DNA of 64,000 nt, taken from positions 159,177 to 223,176 of the IMG/VR virus record IMGVR_UViG_3300028392_000029, one strand, 5' to 3'. Shown here piece after piece: positions 44,801 through 54,924 of the stretch. A program made the position numbers and the translations under genes. The notes under the pieces are model-generated. The model saw nothing but the letters and a program-made list of their open reading frames with translations, made no database searches and was not told where the DNA came from. Every line of letters begins with the position of its first letter. Position 1 is the first letter of the stretch.

Positions 44801-47800
44801 GTGAACGGGCCGGTGCCACTGGCAATATATGTTCCGGTAGGTATACCGGTCCCCACCAACACCATACCAATACTTGGAGCAGTACCTGATACAATAGTTA
44901 ATGTAGTTGTACTTGTAATAGTTCCAACAAACGTTGCACTATTAACAGCAGTAATATAAGTTCCAGTAGTTACTCCAGATCCGGATAATACCATACCGAG
45001 GACAGGAGTGCCAGATGCTACAGTAGTTAAACTTAATGTAGTACCTGTAATCCGTCCAGTAGAACTTAATGTGCTATTAGTAGTTGCAGTAACATTTGAA
45101 TTTGCTCCCGGGTCGGTTGGATACAACAATGACATGGTCACAGTATTTGTACCAGCACTGGCTGTTGTAGCAACGGTAGCTGTTGATGTTAGCACTGGTG
45201 TAAGCAATACGCTACCCAATGCAGGTGTTACTGTAATAATAGGTTGAGAAGTGTATCCGTATCCTGGACTCACTAACACATAGGCTACGATACTACCGTT
45301 GGCAATAGTTACTGTTGCAATGGCTTGACTTGTCGCACCACCGCCTGAGAACACAACGGTTGGAGGATTTGCTGGATCAAATCCACTACCACCATTGGTA
45401 ATTGTAATACTTTGTACGGTAGCTACTAAACTAGAACTTACTATACTGCCCGATGGAATCCAAACAGCAGGAGCCACTGTAAATTTAGTTGTACTATCAA
45501 TACTTTGGATAATAGTTCCACTAGGAACATATGCGCCAGTGCTGGTAGATGATACTACCATGCCTACAGATAAACTAGAAGTAGATGATACTGTTAGTTG
45601 ACTGCTGTTAACAATGCCAGCAATCTGCTTGCTTCCGTTATAACTAGTATTACTGTTATTTGCTATGGTAATATAACTGTCGACCGCAGGTAACTGTGCC
45701 GTCGGACTGTATGGAATATTAAATGTTACAATCTTAGCAGTTGTACTACCTGTTTGCAGTACACTACTAGCATAGGTCATGGAATTGATAACAGTTCCAT
45801 CGGCCGCTAAGTTGCTTATTGGGTTAGGGTCAACACTTAAATATCCGTTGGCTGTAACACCAAATGTAACAGTGCCAGTTGGAGGGTTAACTGTAGCCGC
45901 GCTACTCAAGGTGATTGTTGCTGTATTTACACCACCAGAATTAGATATAACAACAGTTGATACAGTTTGTGTTCCGTTGAATCCTGTACTACTGCCAGTA
46001 CTTGTTAAGATTTGACCTTGACTAATTGTACCTGCAAGACCGTTAACTACTAGTGTATAAGTTGGCCCAGCTGTTACAGTATAGCTTACAAACAACCCTG
46101 TTGAAATAGTCAGTGGCGCAGTATAACTAATAACTCTATGTGTACGACCACCCCAGCCAACTACATAAGTTCCTTTGTTAATTTGATTAATGGTTGATGC
46201 CGAACTAACGGCTAACACAGCAATTTTGTTATCTCCAACCTTACTACCTTGAGTTTTAGTAGCGTCAGTTGGATCCAATTGCGTTATATTATTACCATCG
46301 GTTGTAAATTTATAATAGCTAAAGCTAGCATCAGTTTGTAACACTGATATGTTTGCACCTAAAGTTTCTCCAGTTGCCTCAGTTAACCCATATGCAATTA
46401 CTCGATAAATTTCAGATAAATTGTCAACATACTGTAACGCAGTACTTGGACGTACAGGTTTAACGTTATCAATATTATTGAATTTTATAGCTTGTAATAC
46501 TCTAAAGGTCACAGTTTGACCGTCATATAATGCGTATTGTAGTCCAGTGCTTGAAGTACTGTCAGTGCCTGCGGTACTAAGAGTTACAGATAATATGTTT
46601 TTACCATTGATAGTAACAGTGGTGTGTGCAATTGTTGATATTAGATATCGAACAATGCCGCCACTCTGTACACCGTGATCAATTTCCAGTTCGCTGGCAG
46701 TGTATGGAGCATATGAGTATCCGGTAATGTATAGAGTGACAGACTGTTTAGTTGAAGTTGGAGTCATCTCATTAACAAACAAACCTTGCTTGTATATACG
46801 AGCTACCTGAACCATATCATAGGATAAGTTTACACTATCGGGCAATTCTGTTACGTCGTATCCTGTAGCACGTAAACCATAAACACCGTGTGAGTTAGAA
46901 CCAGCAATACTTCGAACTTGACCGCCATTGTTGGCCCAGTAGCCTGTGTAACAGTAATATGAGAATGTAGATACTTGTTCAGTCAATCCACCGTTGGTTG
47001 CAAATACACCATAACCTAAATCGTTAATTTGTGTAAAGTCGTTAGCCAACATGGACTTATTACCGCCCATTTCAATATTGATACCTAGACCGGCACCACT
47101 GTTTAAGTAGGCAACTGATCCAGATAACAATGTAGATTTCAATCCCTGTAATGTAGTGTAATCACTAGATCTAGTTTGACTTGAATACCATGATTGACTT
47201 GCAGGGGTAGTACGTGTAGTTGGCGTATCAAAATCACCATCTGCAACATAGTCAGTTAGAATTGCAATCTCGGTGTTTACTAATCCTGCTTCAGTTGCGG
47301 TTGCCACAGGCAAACTTATATTTTGAGTATATGGATTACCAGCAGATTTACTTACAGTTTGATTTTGAACAACCTGTTGCATAACAGTATTCAATCGACC
47401 GTATGCCGCAACGCAGTAAGATTCTTCTCCTAAGATTTGACTCACACCGCTGCCGTAATAACTTAGCGATACATCATAGATGGCGCTATTACCACCATAC
47501 ATAATATCGTAACAGATAGCATCAATAATAAATCCTGTATCTCTTTGAGATTTAAGGGCGTTATAATTAGGAATAGTGTTTACGTTATATGTACTAGCAA
47601 TCCAAGCAGACACTTCCTGTTGTAAGAATATTCTGTTAGCTTGTAAAATATTTTTTGCCTTAACAGCATTAGGATTGTTATAAGTACCACCCGGTGTTGG
47701 GAAGGTAGTCGCTGGCACGGTAGTAACACCGTTATTGATCATGTTAGTAATTGTAAGCAAACTTGCCGCAATTGAATTCTTGCCAGTAGTTGATACACTA

Positions 47801-50800
47801 CCTAAATTAGAATTAACATATGCTAGACCTTGAGTTGTAAACAATGTAGCTAAAACAGTTAAACTATTCTGTGGGAACAAATATGTATAACCTGAGAACA
47901 AACTCTTATAGTTAGAACCAGTTACCATGTCTAGACCAATATTGTCTATAACACCACCCAACGCAGTTGTAAATTTAGTTGTGTTGTAAAAATTAGGCGG
48001 ATAGAAAGGTGTACCAGTATCAATTGTTAGCACCACTGTATAGGTTGCCGCATTAAAACTTACAACATCGTTAACTTGGAAGCGATTACCTTGTATATAG
48101 AAAGCGCAAGGAGTTTGTGGAGCACGAATATCAAGTCCGCTGTTAACACTTCCAACAACGGTAATTTGTGTACCATTAACACCTGCAATATTTTGTTCTA
48201 CCCTAGTAATTTTACCAAACAAACGTCCAGTGAATCCATCAATGAATTGACCGCCAGCAAATCGTTTGTAATTGATACTTTGACTAAAGCTACCGCTCTC
48301 TTGAGCATAAGGTGATTTAGTTTTAATTTGTCCTTCTGGATCAAGTACCATGGCAAATCCGCCGTGTCCTTGCATGCTGATCATTCTAACACGAGTAGCA
48401 TCATTACATAAGAACACATCCATTAATCTATTGTTTAGCGGAGTACTATTAATATCTAACGGATCAGTTAAGTAGTGTCTTCCGTAATTAATTGTACTGT
48501 ACAAATGCCAAGCGCCAACAGCATATGTTGTTGCGGCAGCAAAAGGATAAATCACTGTTAAGTTTAACACATTACCACTGATAGTGCTAACAACAGCTTT
48601 ACCCGGAGTTCCGGTACCGCTAGTGCTGTCAGTGAATACTAATCCTAGCCAACTTGCCGGTGCTTGACCAGTACCTAGTGTAGCTGTGATTGATCCTGTT
48701 ATACCGCTGAGTGTAATAGTTGATCCAGTAGTGGCAGCATAATCGGTACCACTATAATCAATAATACCAGTCTGTATGCCGTCAATGACACTGTCTCTAT
48801 AAAAGAACACACTGCGCCATGGGCTTTGACTTACACGATCTAATGGACGTACAATAACACGTCGGAAGTCATCACCAGAAATTGTTACGTTTGCAGATAA
48901 TTTGATTGGGTAATCTTCATAGTAGGTACCGCTTTCAACACAGATAGCAATGTTTTGTTCCGGAACAGTTTCACCGTAGTCTATTTCTTCCCCTACTCTA
49001 AAGAATCCTGGACGAACCATCCTTACTGTGATAGTGTCATATGAAGTAGTTACACCTGGAGTGTATGTTACAATTTGGCCGTATGCATTGCTAGTTCCAC
49101 CGACTAGTATTTTGGCAGGAATAATGTGTACCGCACCTGGTATACCTTGGTCTACAAATCCGTTACCGCCGTTGTCAAATGTAATAGTATACAAGCCCGA
49201 GCCAAATGTAGGGGTTGGAGCCGCACCATATCCATTTGTAATAATACTAATTAAAGTATTCATGTTTGTGGTAAATGTAGTTTTTGCAGGAGTACTTGGC
49301 GACTTTGCAACACCATTCACCGTTGTTTGTTGTCTTACTAGATCTTGGAATCGTGTTTGCTGGGTTTTATTAAGTACCTGAATACCGAGATTTTTAGCAA
49401 ACACAATACCGTCTAATGTTTCACGTAACTGAGATCCAATGGCAATAGCTTTTGCTGATGCATTTTTATAATAGCTTTTACCAGCATTGACGCTTTGATA
49501 AGTTCCGCCTGTTAGTATATCAATAATCATTGCATCAATGATGTATCCAATATCTCGATAACAAGTTGCTTCATTATAATTAAACCCGCCTGGATATGTA
49601 ACAGCGAGGTATGCAGTAGTTGCGTTTCCTATAGTATCTTTACTGTTATTTAAAATTACTTGTGCAGCCTGGGGAATACTTGCATAAATTGTTAAGTCTG
49701 GAAGAGATTGGGTATAGGTTGTATCGTTAGCAACAATATCTGTAACATAATTGAACAATGCATTAATGTCTCCGGCTGCCGCGGCACCGTCAACCCATAC
49801 TGCGTTTCTTACCTGTACAGCACTGTTACCAGTTGCAGGAGTCACTACTGAATTTGACGACACAAGAATAGCAACCGCCTGTGCATGAGTAATTGCTGCC
49901 ACTGTTGCAGTTACTTCATTGCTGGCGATTTGTCTAGTGCCACCGGCCCAATATTGATATGCGGCTCTCAGTGTTGCTGAATTACCACCATATGTTAGAT
50001 CGTAACAGACTGCTTCTAATATAGATTTCACATCTCTACTGCAAGTGGTGTTACTATATACTAAAGATGGGTAATTGGTATTAATCCAAGCAATAGTATC
50101 TGCGGCAATAAAATCAATATTGGCCAATATGGCCGAACGTGCGTGAGCAGTTGTAACTGTTATCGATGGCGGGTCAATAAATGTTGGAACAGACCTACTG
50201 GCAATACCAGCTGTTAATAAGTTAGTAATAATCCCAAACAAACTTGTAATTGTAGAACTGACGGTCACATTATTGATTACTGAGAATGTTGAATTGATAT
50301 AGCTAATCTCAGCTGACTGGATTGCAGATTTCTTCGCAATAATTGCAGTTCTAGCAGTATTCAAAGTAGCACTGGCATTGGCTGTCGTTGGCCCGTACAC
50401 TACTGGATTAGGTGTACTTACACTATTAACGATCCCGGCAATCGTTGCTATGTTGTTTGATATTGATGTGCTGACAATTGTTGAGCCGCCCAATGTTTGA
50501 TTGATATACTGATATACACTCAATTGATACACAGTAGTAGTCGAAACATTATTAATGATCGCTTGACACAATGTATTAATATAATTAATTGCGGCGACGG
50601 TGGCAGTTTTTTCATACTGAGCAATTTGTAAAGTATTGCCTATCCAATATTGAAGTCCAGAGTAAACACTGTTACTGTTACCACCGTACATAAAGTCGTA
50701 GATCAAACTCCATATAATATATTTTACATCTCGCTTACATGTGGCAGAACTGTAGCTTAGTGTTGGATAGTTTGCTAATAAGAAAGCAATAATCTCTGCT

Positions 50801-53667
50801 TGGATAAATGATAGGTTGTTCAGCAACAAATCTCTAGCACTTAGTACACCAGTGTTCGACTGATATGTTTCTATCAAGAATAAAATTACATTTGACTGTA
50901 TAGTTGATAGGCCATTTAAGATAGTTGTTCTTGATGTACCGTTGCTTGCGTAAGTTGTACCAGTGCTGTATATTGGGTTGATAGCAGTAGGCCCTGAAGC
51001 AACACCACCGTTGATAACAGTAATTACAATATTAACTAATGTACTAGCAGCCGCATTAGCAGTTCCGGTTCCTGCGCTTACTGATTGTGTGGTAGTATTG
51101 CCTGTAGTTCTAGTGTATAAATTGCCTTGAATGACTGAAGTCATTACGGCATTTAAGTGCGTATATGCGGCTGTAACTGGAACAAGTTCTGTAGCAATAG
51201 TGTTTACGTTAGTTCCTGTAAAGTATGCATCAGCTGCCGCAATGGTAGCAGTATTACCTCCATAGATCAAGTCAAAGGTTATAGCATCGATAATATATCC
51301 GGTGTCACGTCGACAATTTCCTTCGTTGTATAATGAAATAGTTCCTGGATTCAAGTTAGCATTAATGTATGCAATAGTTTCATCAATTAAAAATTGACGA
51401 TTATTTTGTAATTGTCGGGCGCTGATGTTTACACCAGAAGATGAATTGTTATAAGTCCATGTTACGCTAGGTGCACCGTTAGTACTAACATTGTTAATAA
51501 TAGTTGTGATTACATTCATGCTGGCAGTAATGGCAGCAATGGCAGCGGTATTAGTTGGAATTAATCCAATTACTTCATCTCTAGCTAGATTAATACCAGC
51601 AATGGTTTGAGCCTTTTGGCTTGATGTTACTACAGAACTGTAACTTCTAATGTAGGCAAATGCGGCAGTTATAGAACGATAATTAGTTCCAAAGATCAAA
51701 TCATCTAGTACAGCATTAACAATGATTCCCACGTCTCGACTGCATTTTGCTTGATTAAATGTAAATGTTGAACTAGCATTGGTTGTCGGTAAAGCACCAA
51801 ATACTACGCTAGGCAGACTTCCACCTGAAATAATTTTTTCTATCAATGCAGTATTAGCTTTGATATTGGCAACAGCTGATGGTAAATTTGCAAATGCCGC
51901 ATCTGACACTATGGTATTTGCAAGATCGTTTAGTGTTGCCGCTGCCTGACTTATTCCAGTTGTTTTCACAGACATAATACCAGCATGAGTTGTAACCGCA
52001 AATGGATCGCCCCCGGCTACTAGACTAATTTTAATAGTTGTGCTGTCTACTACACTGTGGATAAAATAAATGGTTCCGATAGTAATATTTCCAAAACCAG
52101 TACCGGAAAATGTAATCGGACTTCCTACCAGCATGCCAACGCTTGAATCTACAGTGATGGTGTTTACAATTGAAGTAGTACCCACAGTAGTAGTATTAAC
52201 AACCGTAGGGGTTGTTTCTAGCCCAGTAGATGCTGTGCTAAATGATAAAGCAACCTGTATACTTCTTAAATTTGAACCAAATATCAAATCATATAACAAT
52301 GCATCAATTACTTGACCTAGATATGTTTGAGTATTAGCGGTACTATACGAGAAATTTAAAACTTGATCTCTAGCATAGTTAACTGCATCGATTATTTGAG
52401 TTAAATTATTTTCAACAATATCTGAGTTATAAGCATTGAATAATATAGATGCTTGAGTTGTGGAATTAAAAGTTGTACCTAATACCGTATCATATCCTAC
52501 AGCATCTACGATATCTGAAATTATACTGCCCCATCTAGCTTTATCAAATGTAAATGTGTTTACATATTTTTTGTTAATGTATGCAATAGTTTCAGCTTGG
52601 ATGAACGATTTGTTTGCTGTTAACAAATCAGCGGCATCAGTATAGCCTATAACTCCGCTATTGCCGCCGCCGAGCGTGACACTTTGAATTGTACTAAAGG
52701 TCTGAGTAGGGCCAACTGTGTAGGCAATTCTTTGACGATATGGGCCAGGTTCTACAGTTGATAGCGCAATAAGATTTTGGGCCTGGAGCGCGGCAGCTCC
52801 AATAGTCTTATAAGCATACGCCCACGAACGACCTTCTCGACCGGGGGGAGTGTTTGTTTGTAAATCGTCACCATTAGTCTTAACATATAGATTTGTCGCG
52901 CTATAGCTAGTATTATTGTCAACATAAAATTTTGTTGCGGCTTGTAGATCATCAGCACCATTAGGTGTACCAAATCCTGCCATTGGTGACGGATGGTCGT
53001 TGAGAGCAAGCGGCCCAGTCATAGTATCGCCGCCACGGTAAACAGTATACTTGCGTTGCATTGCTTCTGTGCTTACATAGTTGCTAGACAATGTTGCGTC
53101 ATAGTCTTTATCACTAGTTTGCGGATTAGCTGGCTCGTCACGGACTCTTAATGCTTTTGAAACTGTGCCGTTATAAGTGGCCACGTAGGTATTATCGGCA
53201 TAATTTTTACTAATTGCCAGCTGTCCTAGAGTGGTAGTAATATTTTGAGAAGCGTACAGAGTATTAAACTGATCAACTAGGGCTTGGCTTGGATCTCCTA
53301 AATTACCAATACTAAATTGATTAGCGTTGATACTGGCACTTAACGATGGTTGCGGGTCGTTGTTTAGTCGAGCACTTAAGGCTGCAATTGTGAGTTTAGT
53401 AGGATCAGAGGTAGTAATACCAATACCTGTTCCAGCTACAATAGTTCTAGCAGATAATGCCCCGCCTGTAGTGTTTGCCATGATAACTTGGTTAGCACTA
53501 TACGTAGATGGTGCATCGGACAAGTTGGTAAATCTGATAGTTCCTCCAGCTCCAAAAATAGCGTATAACTCATTAAAGTTGCTGTTTACTTTTTGGAAAC
53601 TTGTACGGATACTATCGCCAGTTCCGTCATTACCTTGTACGCCAATGTCAATTACTTGTTGTGTCAT
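41863..53667 (-). CDS. Giant (3934 aa) virion structural/tail protein
   Basis: GNDGTGDSIRTSF N-terminus; ATKFYVD; helical CxRD repeats; GHDFLDIGTG; C-terminal YADLAEFY...ALAGRIPC...IEVAVGR. Confidence 0.85.
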   Translation of the reverse strand: MTQQVIDIGVQGNDGTGDSIRTSFQKVNSNFNELYAIFGAGGTIRFTNLSDAPSTYSANQVIMANTTGGALSARTIVAGTGIGITTSDPTKLTIAALSARLNNDPQPSLSASINANQFSIGNLGDPSQALVDQFNTLYASQNITTTLGQLAISKNYADNTYVATYNGTVSKALRVRDEPANPQTSDKDYDATLSSNYVSTEAMQRKYTVYRGGDTMTGPLALNDHPSPMAGFGTPNGADDLQAATKFYVDNNTSYSATNLYVKTNGDDLQTNTPPGREGRSWAYAYKTIGAAALQAQNLIALSTVEPGPYRQRIAYTVGPTQTFSTIQSVTLGGGNSGVIGYTDAADLLTANKSFIQAETIAYINKKYVNTFTFDKARWGSIISDIVDAVGYDTVLGTTFNSTTQASILFNAYNSDIVENNLTQIIDAVNYARDQVLNFSYSTANTQTYLGQVIDALLYDLIFGSNLRSIQVALSFSTASTGLETTPTVVNTTTVGTTSIVNTITVDSSVGMLVGSPITFSGTGFGNITIGTIYFIHSVVDSTTIKISLVAGGDPFAVTTHAGIMSVKTTGISQAAATLNDLANTIVSDAAFANLPSAVANIKANTALIEKIISGGSLPSVVFGALPTTNASSTFTFNQAKCSRDVGIIVNAVLDDLIFGTNYRSITAAFAYIRSYSSVVTSSQKAQTIAGINLARDEVIGLIPTNTAAIAAITASMNVITTIINNVSTNGAPSVTWTYNNSSSGVNISARQLQNNRQFLIDETIAYINANLNPGTISLYNEGNCRRDTGYIIDAITFDLIYGGNTATIAAADAYFTGTNVNTIATELVPVTAAYTHLNAVMTSVIQGNLYTRTTGNTTTQSVSAGTGTANAAASTLVNIVITVINGGVASGPTAINPIYSTGTTYASNGTSRTTILNGLSTIQSNVILFLIETYQSNTGVLSARDLLLNNLSFIQAEIIAFLLANYPTLSYSSATCKRDVKYIIWSLIYDFMYGGNSNSVYSGLQYWIGNTLQIAQYEKTATVAAINYINTLCQAIINNVSTTTVYQLSVYQYINQTLGGSTIVSTSISNNIATIAGIVNSVSTPNPVVYGPTTANASATLNTARTAIIAKKSAIQSAEISYINSTFSVINNVTVSSTITSLFGIITNLLTAGIASRSVPTFIDPPSITVTTAHARSAILANIDFIAADTIAWINTNYPSLVYSNTTCSRDVKSILEAVCYDLTYGGNSATLRAAYQYWAGGTRQIASNEVTATVAAITHAQAVAILVSSNSVVTPATGNSAVQVRNAVWVDGAAAAGDINALFNYVTDIVANDTTYTQSLPDLTIYASIPQAAQVILNNSKDTIGNATTAYLAVTYPGGFNYNEATCYRDIGYIIDAMIIDILTGGTYQSVNAGKSYYKNASAKAIAIGSQLRETLDGIVFAKNLGIQVLNKTQQTRFQDLVRQQTTVNGVAKSPSTPAKTTFTTNMNTLISIITNGYGAAPTPTFGSGLYTITFDNGGNGFVDQGIPGAVHIIPAKILVGGTSNAYGQIVTYTPGVTTSYDTITVRMVRPGFFRVGEEIDYGETVPEQNIAICVESGTYYEDYPIKLSANVTISGDDFRRVIVRPLDRVSQSPWRSVFFYRDSVIDGIQTGIIDYSGTDYAATTGSTITLSGITGSITATLGTGQAPASWLGLVFTDSTSGTGTPGKAVVSTISGNVLNLTVIYPFAAATTYAVGAWHLYSTINYGRHYLTDPLDINSTPLNNRLMDVFLCNDATRVRMISMQGHGGFAMVLDPEGQIKTKSPYAQESGSFSQSINYKRFAGGQFIDGFTGRLFGKITRVEQNIAGVNGTQITVVGSVNSGLDIRAPQTPCAFYIQGNRFQVNDVVSFNAATYTVVLTIDTGTPFYPPNFYNTTKFTTALGGVIDNIGLDMVTGSNYKSLFSGYTYLFPQNSLTVLATLFTTQGLAYVNSNLGSVSTTGKNSIAASLLTITNMINNGVTTVPATTFPTPGGTYNNPNAVKAKNILQANRIFLQQEVSAWIASTYNVNTIPNYNALKSQRDTGFIIDAICYDIMYGGNSAIYDVSLSYYGSGVSQILGEESYCVAAYGRLNTVMQQVVQNQTVSKSAGNPYTQNISLPVATATEAGLVNTEIAILTDYVADGDFDTPTTRTTPASQSWYSSQTRSSDYTTLQGLKSTLLSGSVAYLNSGAGLGINIEMGGNKSMLANDFTQINDLGYGVFATNGGLTEQVSTFSYYCYTGYWANNGGQVRSIAGSNSHGVYGLRATGYDVTELPDSVNLSYDMVQVARIYKQGLFVNEMTPTSTKQSVTLYITGYSYAPYTASELEIDHGVQSGGIVRYLISTIAHTTVTINGKNILSVTLSTAGTDSTSSTGLQYALYDGQTVTFRVLQAIKFNNIDNVKPVRPSTALQYVDNLSEIYRVIAYGLTEATGETLGANISVLQTDASFSYYKFTTDGNNITQLDPTDATKTQGSKVGDNKIAVLAVSSASTINQINKGTYVVGWGGRTHRVISYTAPLTISTGLFVSYTVTAGPTYTLVVNGLAGTISQGQILTSTGSSTGFNGTQTVSTVVISNSGGVNTATITLSSAATVNPPTGTVTFGVTANGYLSVDPNPISNLAADGTVINSMTYASSVLQTGSTTAKIVTFNIPYSPTAQLPAVDSYITIANNSNTSYNGSKQIAGIVNSSQLTVSSTSSLSVGMVVSSTSTGAYVPSGTIIQSIDSTTKFTVAPAVWIPSGSIVSSSLVATVQSITITNGGSGFDPANPPTVVFSGGGATSQAIATVTIANGSIVAYVLVSPGYGYTSQPIITVTPALGSVLLTPVLTSTATVATTASAGTNTVTMSLLYPTDPGANSNVTATTNSTLSSTGRITGTTLSLTTVASGTPVLGMVLSGSGVTTGTYITAVNSATFVGTITSTTTLTIVSGTAPSIGMVLVGTGIPTGTYIASGTGPFTLSGAATNGINIGIVGTSYTVSASQTVSSTSISGLANLLTVASATGLNAGQQITFSGSAFGTGTILTPVNGVSPNTLYYINKVAGTSIGIATSLGGSDITVSSGSVSVGTLLSLYSPNYGYGTSLAVDASTGFTSKTIIGTGPTYSVVLNFATTTAPVTGSYYLVSGNNNPLYNGFYLCSASSATTITLTYPQDPGTWSTAFNTTVTLEVTSGSSNTLGIGRPFSTLTSATLRLGRPAGSAAQITTRISTCRATGHDFLDIGTGGYVTTNYPVQIYGNPAIQSNGSNQVKEETVGRVFYVTTDENGIFRVGRFFSVDQGTGTVTFSASIALSNLDGLGFKRGVVVTQFSTDPTMTDNAPDIVPVQSATRSFIDNRLGLDYGGSPVATTSLIGPGYLALNGTLAMKGNLNLGNFSIGNLTMPSTSTSKYDGANRDYVDQSLIALNSIFKLLDVGIAAGRGLYLSGSSISYVLTVNNISGSITSGLAVYGTGFDGTQIVQSVSISGAGVATITLGTYPNSNPSGTIFFLNAVSSGSFLVYDVGLGKWKNVAAPTGDLSITYNSGTGTIVTNLNAGAIVNADVNASAAIAQSKLAMTAATTRANYTGIAQADLGIASFNSSSFSSTNGWIDLLTSTSAITGITYSKIQQMSVGTVLGNLTASAASPSEVTPTQILNAAGGISNGSFGASGAMVVGYDGSNSANNSYTVVGITSTRGANQILKTGVDGSADVANLKVGGFTVLSTSGTTVQHSTPGGIVQATPFYYMTAVGTTGSNTTITTQGTLNTSNGTLVATTFTAGAPATGGSMEGQWYLTASSQFDFSLGILKSNNLTAGSSTAAGTIDGNWSLTTGSQLRSTYADLAEFYEGDQEYPEGWVLVFGGDKEVTSTTTFNDTRLAGVVTTNPAYVMNEGQQGIKVCLALAGRIPCRVVGRVKKGDLLTTSAVEGCAVKSTNPQIGSIIGKAIQDKDYDSVGVIEVAVGRS

Positions 53668-53673
53668 ATTATT

Positions 53674-53997
53674 TTAAACTCCAAAGCTAGAACCGCAACC
53701 GCATGTTGTCTGTGCGTTGGGATTCTTTATGCTGAATGTACTGCCCATTAATTCTTCTTTATAATCTATTTCAGCACCTGTGAGATACTGCATACTCATT
53801 GCGTCTACAAGCACTCGAAATTCGTCTAGGGGGATCTCAAAATCATCTTCGTTGATTATTTCATCAAAGGTAAAACCATAGCTAAAGCCGCTACAGCCGC
53901 CACCTTGAACAAAGGTACGTAATGATAAGTTAGGGTTACCTTCTTCGTATAGAAGATCTTTGATTTTTGTCTTTGCTGATTCGGAAATAGTGATCAT
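53674..53997 (-). CDS. erpA: Iron-sulfur cluster insertion protein (ErpA/IscA/HesB family)
   Basis: GGGCSGFSY and [14 protein letters not shown]. Confidence 0.93.
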   Translation of the reverse strand: MITISESAKTKIKDLLYEEGNPNLSLRTFVQGGGCSGFSYGFTFDEIINEDDFEIPLDEFRVLVDAMSMQYLTGAEIDYKEELMGSTFSIKNPNAQTTCGCGSSFGV

Positions 53998-54009
53998 GAT
54001 AGCCCTCGA

Positions 54010-54051
54010 TTGAGTATTTATCCAATATATTTTATAACCTTAATGTAAATA
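54010..54051. promoter_or_regulatory. Back-to-back TAAATA late promoters (erpA and the 54057 ORF)
   Basis: Minus strand TGGATAAATACTCAA (54010-54024); plus strand TAAATA at 54046-54051, 5 nt before ATG. Confidence 0.6.
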
Positions 54052-54056
54052 CAGTT

Positions 54057-54344
54057 ATGTATATTGGAACTGAATTTCGAGAAAACCACTATGTGCGCAC
54101 CAGCAATCGTGGTAAGACACACACCTATAGTCGTAAAAAAACCGTACTGGTATTACGGTGTGATTGCTGTGGAGAAGTATTTAATCGAGACAAGGGCAAT
54201 ATGGACCCTAATCGATTAAGCAACAACTATTATCATGTGTGTGGTAATTGTGATGCTAAAAAGTTTGCTCAAAGCAAAGGGATTGAAAGTAAGCATGTTT
54301 GGGACATGCCTGTAAGCAGTCTTAAGACGCTAGGCCAACTCTAG
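54057..54344 (+). CDS. Small Zn-ribbon protein
   Basis: CDCC...HVCGNC; leaderless after TAAATA. Confidence 0.7.
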   Translation: MYIGTEFRENHYVRTSNRGKTHTYSRKKTVLVLRCDCCGEVFNRDKGNMDPNRLSNNYYHVCGNCDAKKFAQSKGIESKHVWDMPVSSLKTLGQL

Positions 54345-54882
54345 CACTGATTACATTCCAGTTGATAATTTTCCACTGATTAGATAGATAGCTTTTTTTA
54401 TCGGCTTGGTAGTCTAGAGCCCAGGCATGCTCCCACCAATCTACCAGCAATACAATATCCTGTCTGATTTCGTGATTTTTGATAGTCTTAATTTTTCCGT
54501 CACGAGCCAAATACACCCATCCTGAACCTTGGATTTTCATAGCTTCTTTTTCAAAGGCATCAATAAACTTATCAAAATTTTTAAAGTGTTTATCGATAAA
54601 TTCACCGGACGACCCGCTAGGCTCGTTTGATCTTGTAGGTTTCTGAAATTGCGTAAAGTATATATTATGCAAAAAAGCCCCAGCTTCGTTGAAGTCAGGA
54701 TCCCCTTCTCCTTTATTAAAACGCTTAACATATCCGCCGTACAGTTCACTATAGTGATAGTCTATGGTTTCTTCACTCATGCTGGGTTCTAAATCATCTC
54801 TTGCATAGGGCAACTTGGTATGAACCAACGTCTTGGGGGTTTTACCCTCGTTCAGCGTGATGTGTTTAATAAAGTTGTACAT
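54322..54882 (-). CDS. sod: Fe/Mn superoxide dismutase
   Basis: LPY...LEP, YHY, LHNIYF, GSGW, DWWEHAW (His, His, Asp, His metal ligands). Confidence 0.9.
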   Translation of the reverse strand: MYNFIKHITLNEGKTPKTLVHTKLPYARDDLEPSMSEETIDYHYSELYGGYVKRFNKGEGDPDFNEAGAFLHNIYFTQFQKPTRSNEPSGSSGEFIDKHFKNFDKFIDAFEKEAMKIQGSGWVYLARDGKIKTIKNHEIRQDIVLLVDWWEHAWALDYQADKKSYLSNQWKIINWNVISARVGLAS

Positions 54883-54887
54883 AATGG

Positions 54888-54905
54888 TATTTATCAGTAT
54901 AAATA
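54888..54905. promoter_or_regulatory. Back-to-back late promoters (sod and the 54925 ORF)
   Basis: Minus strand TAAATA at 54888-54893, 5 nt before the sod ATG; plus strand TATAAATA at 54898-54905 (T4 late consensus). Confidence 0.65.
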
Positions 54906-54924
54906 CTCTGGAGGATAATATACC

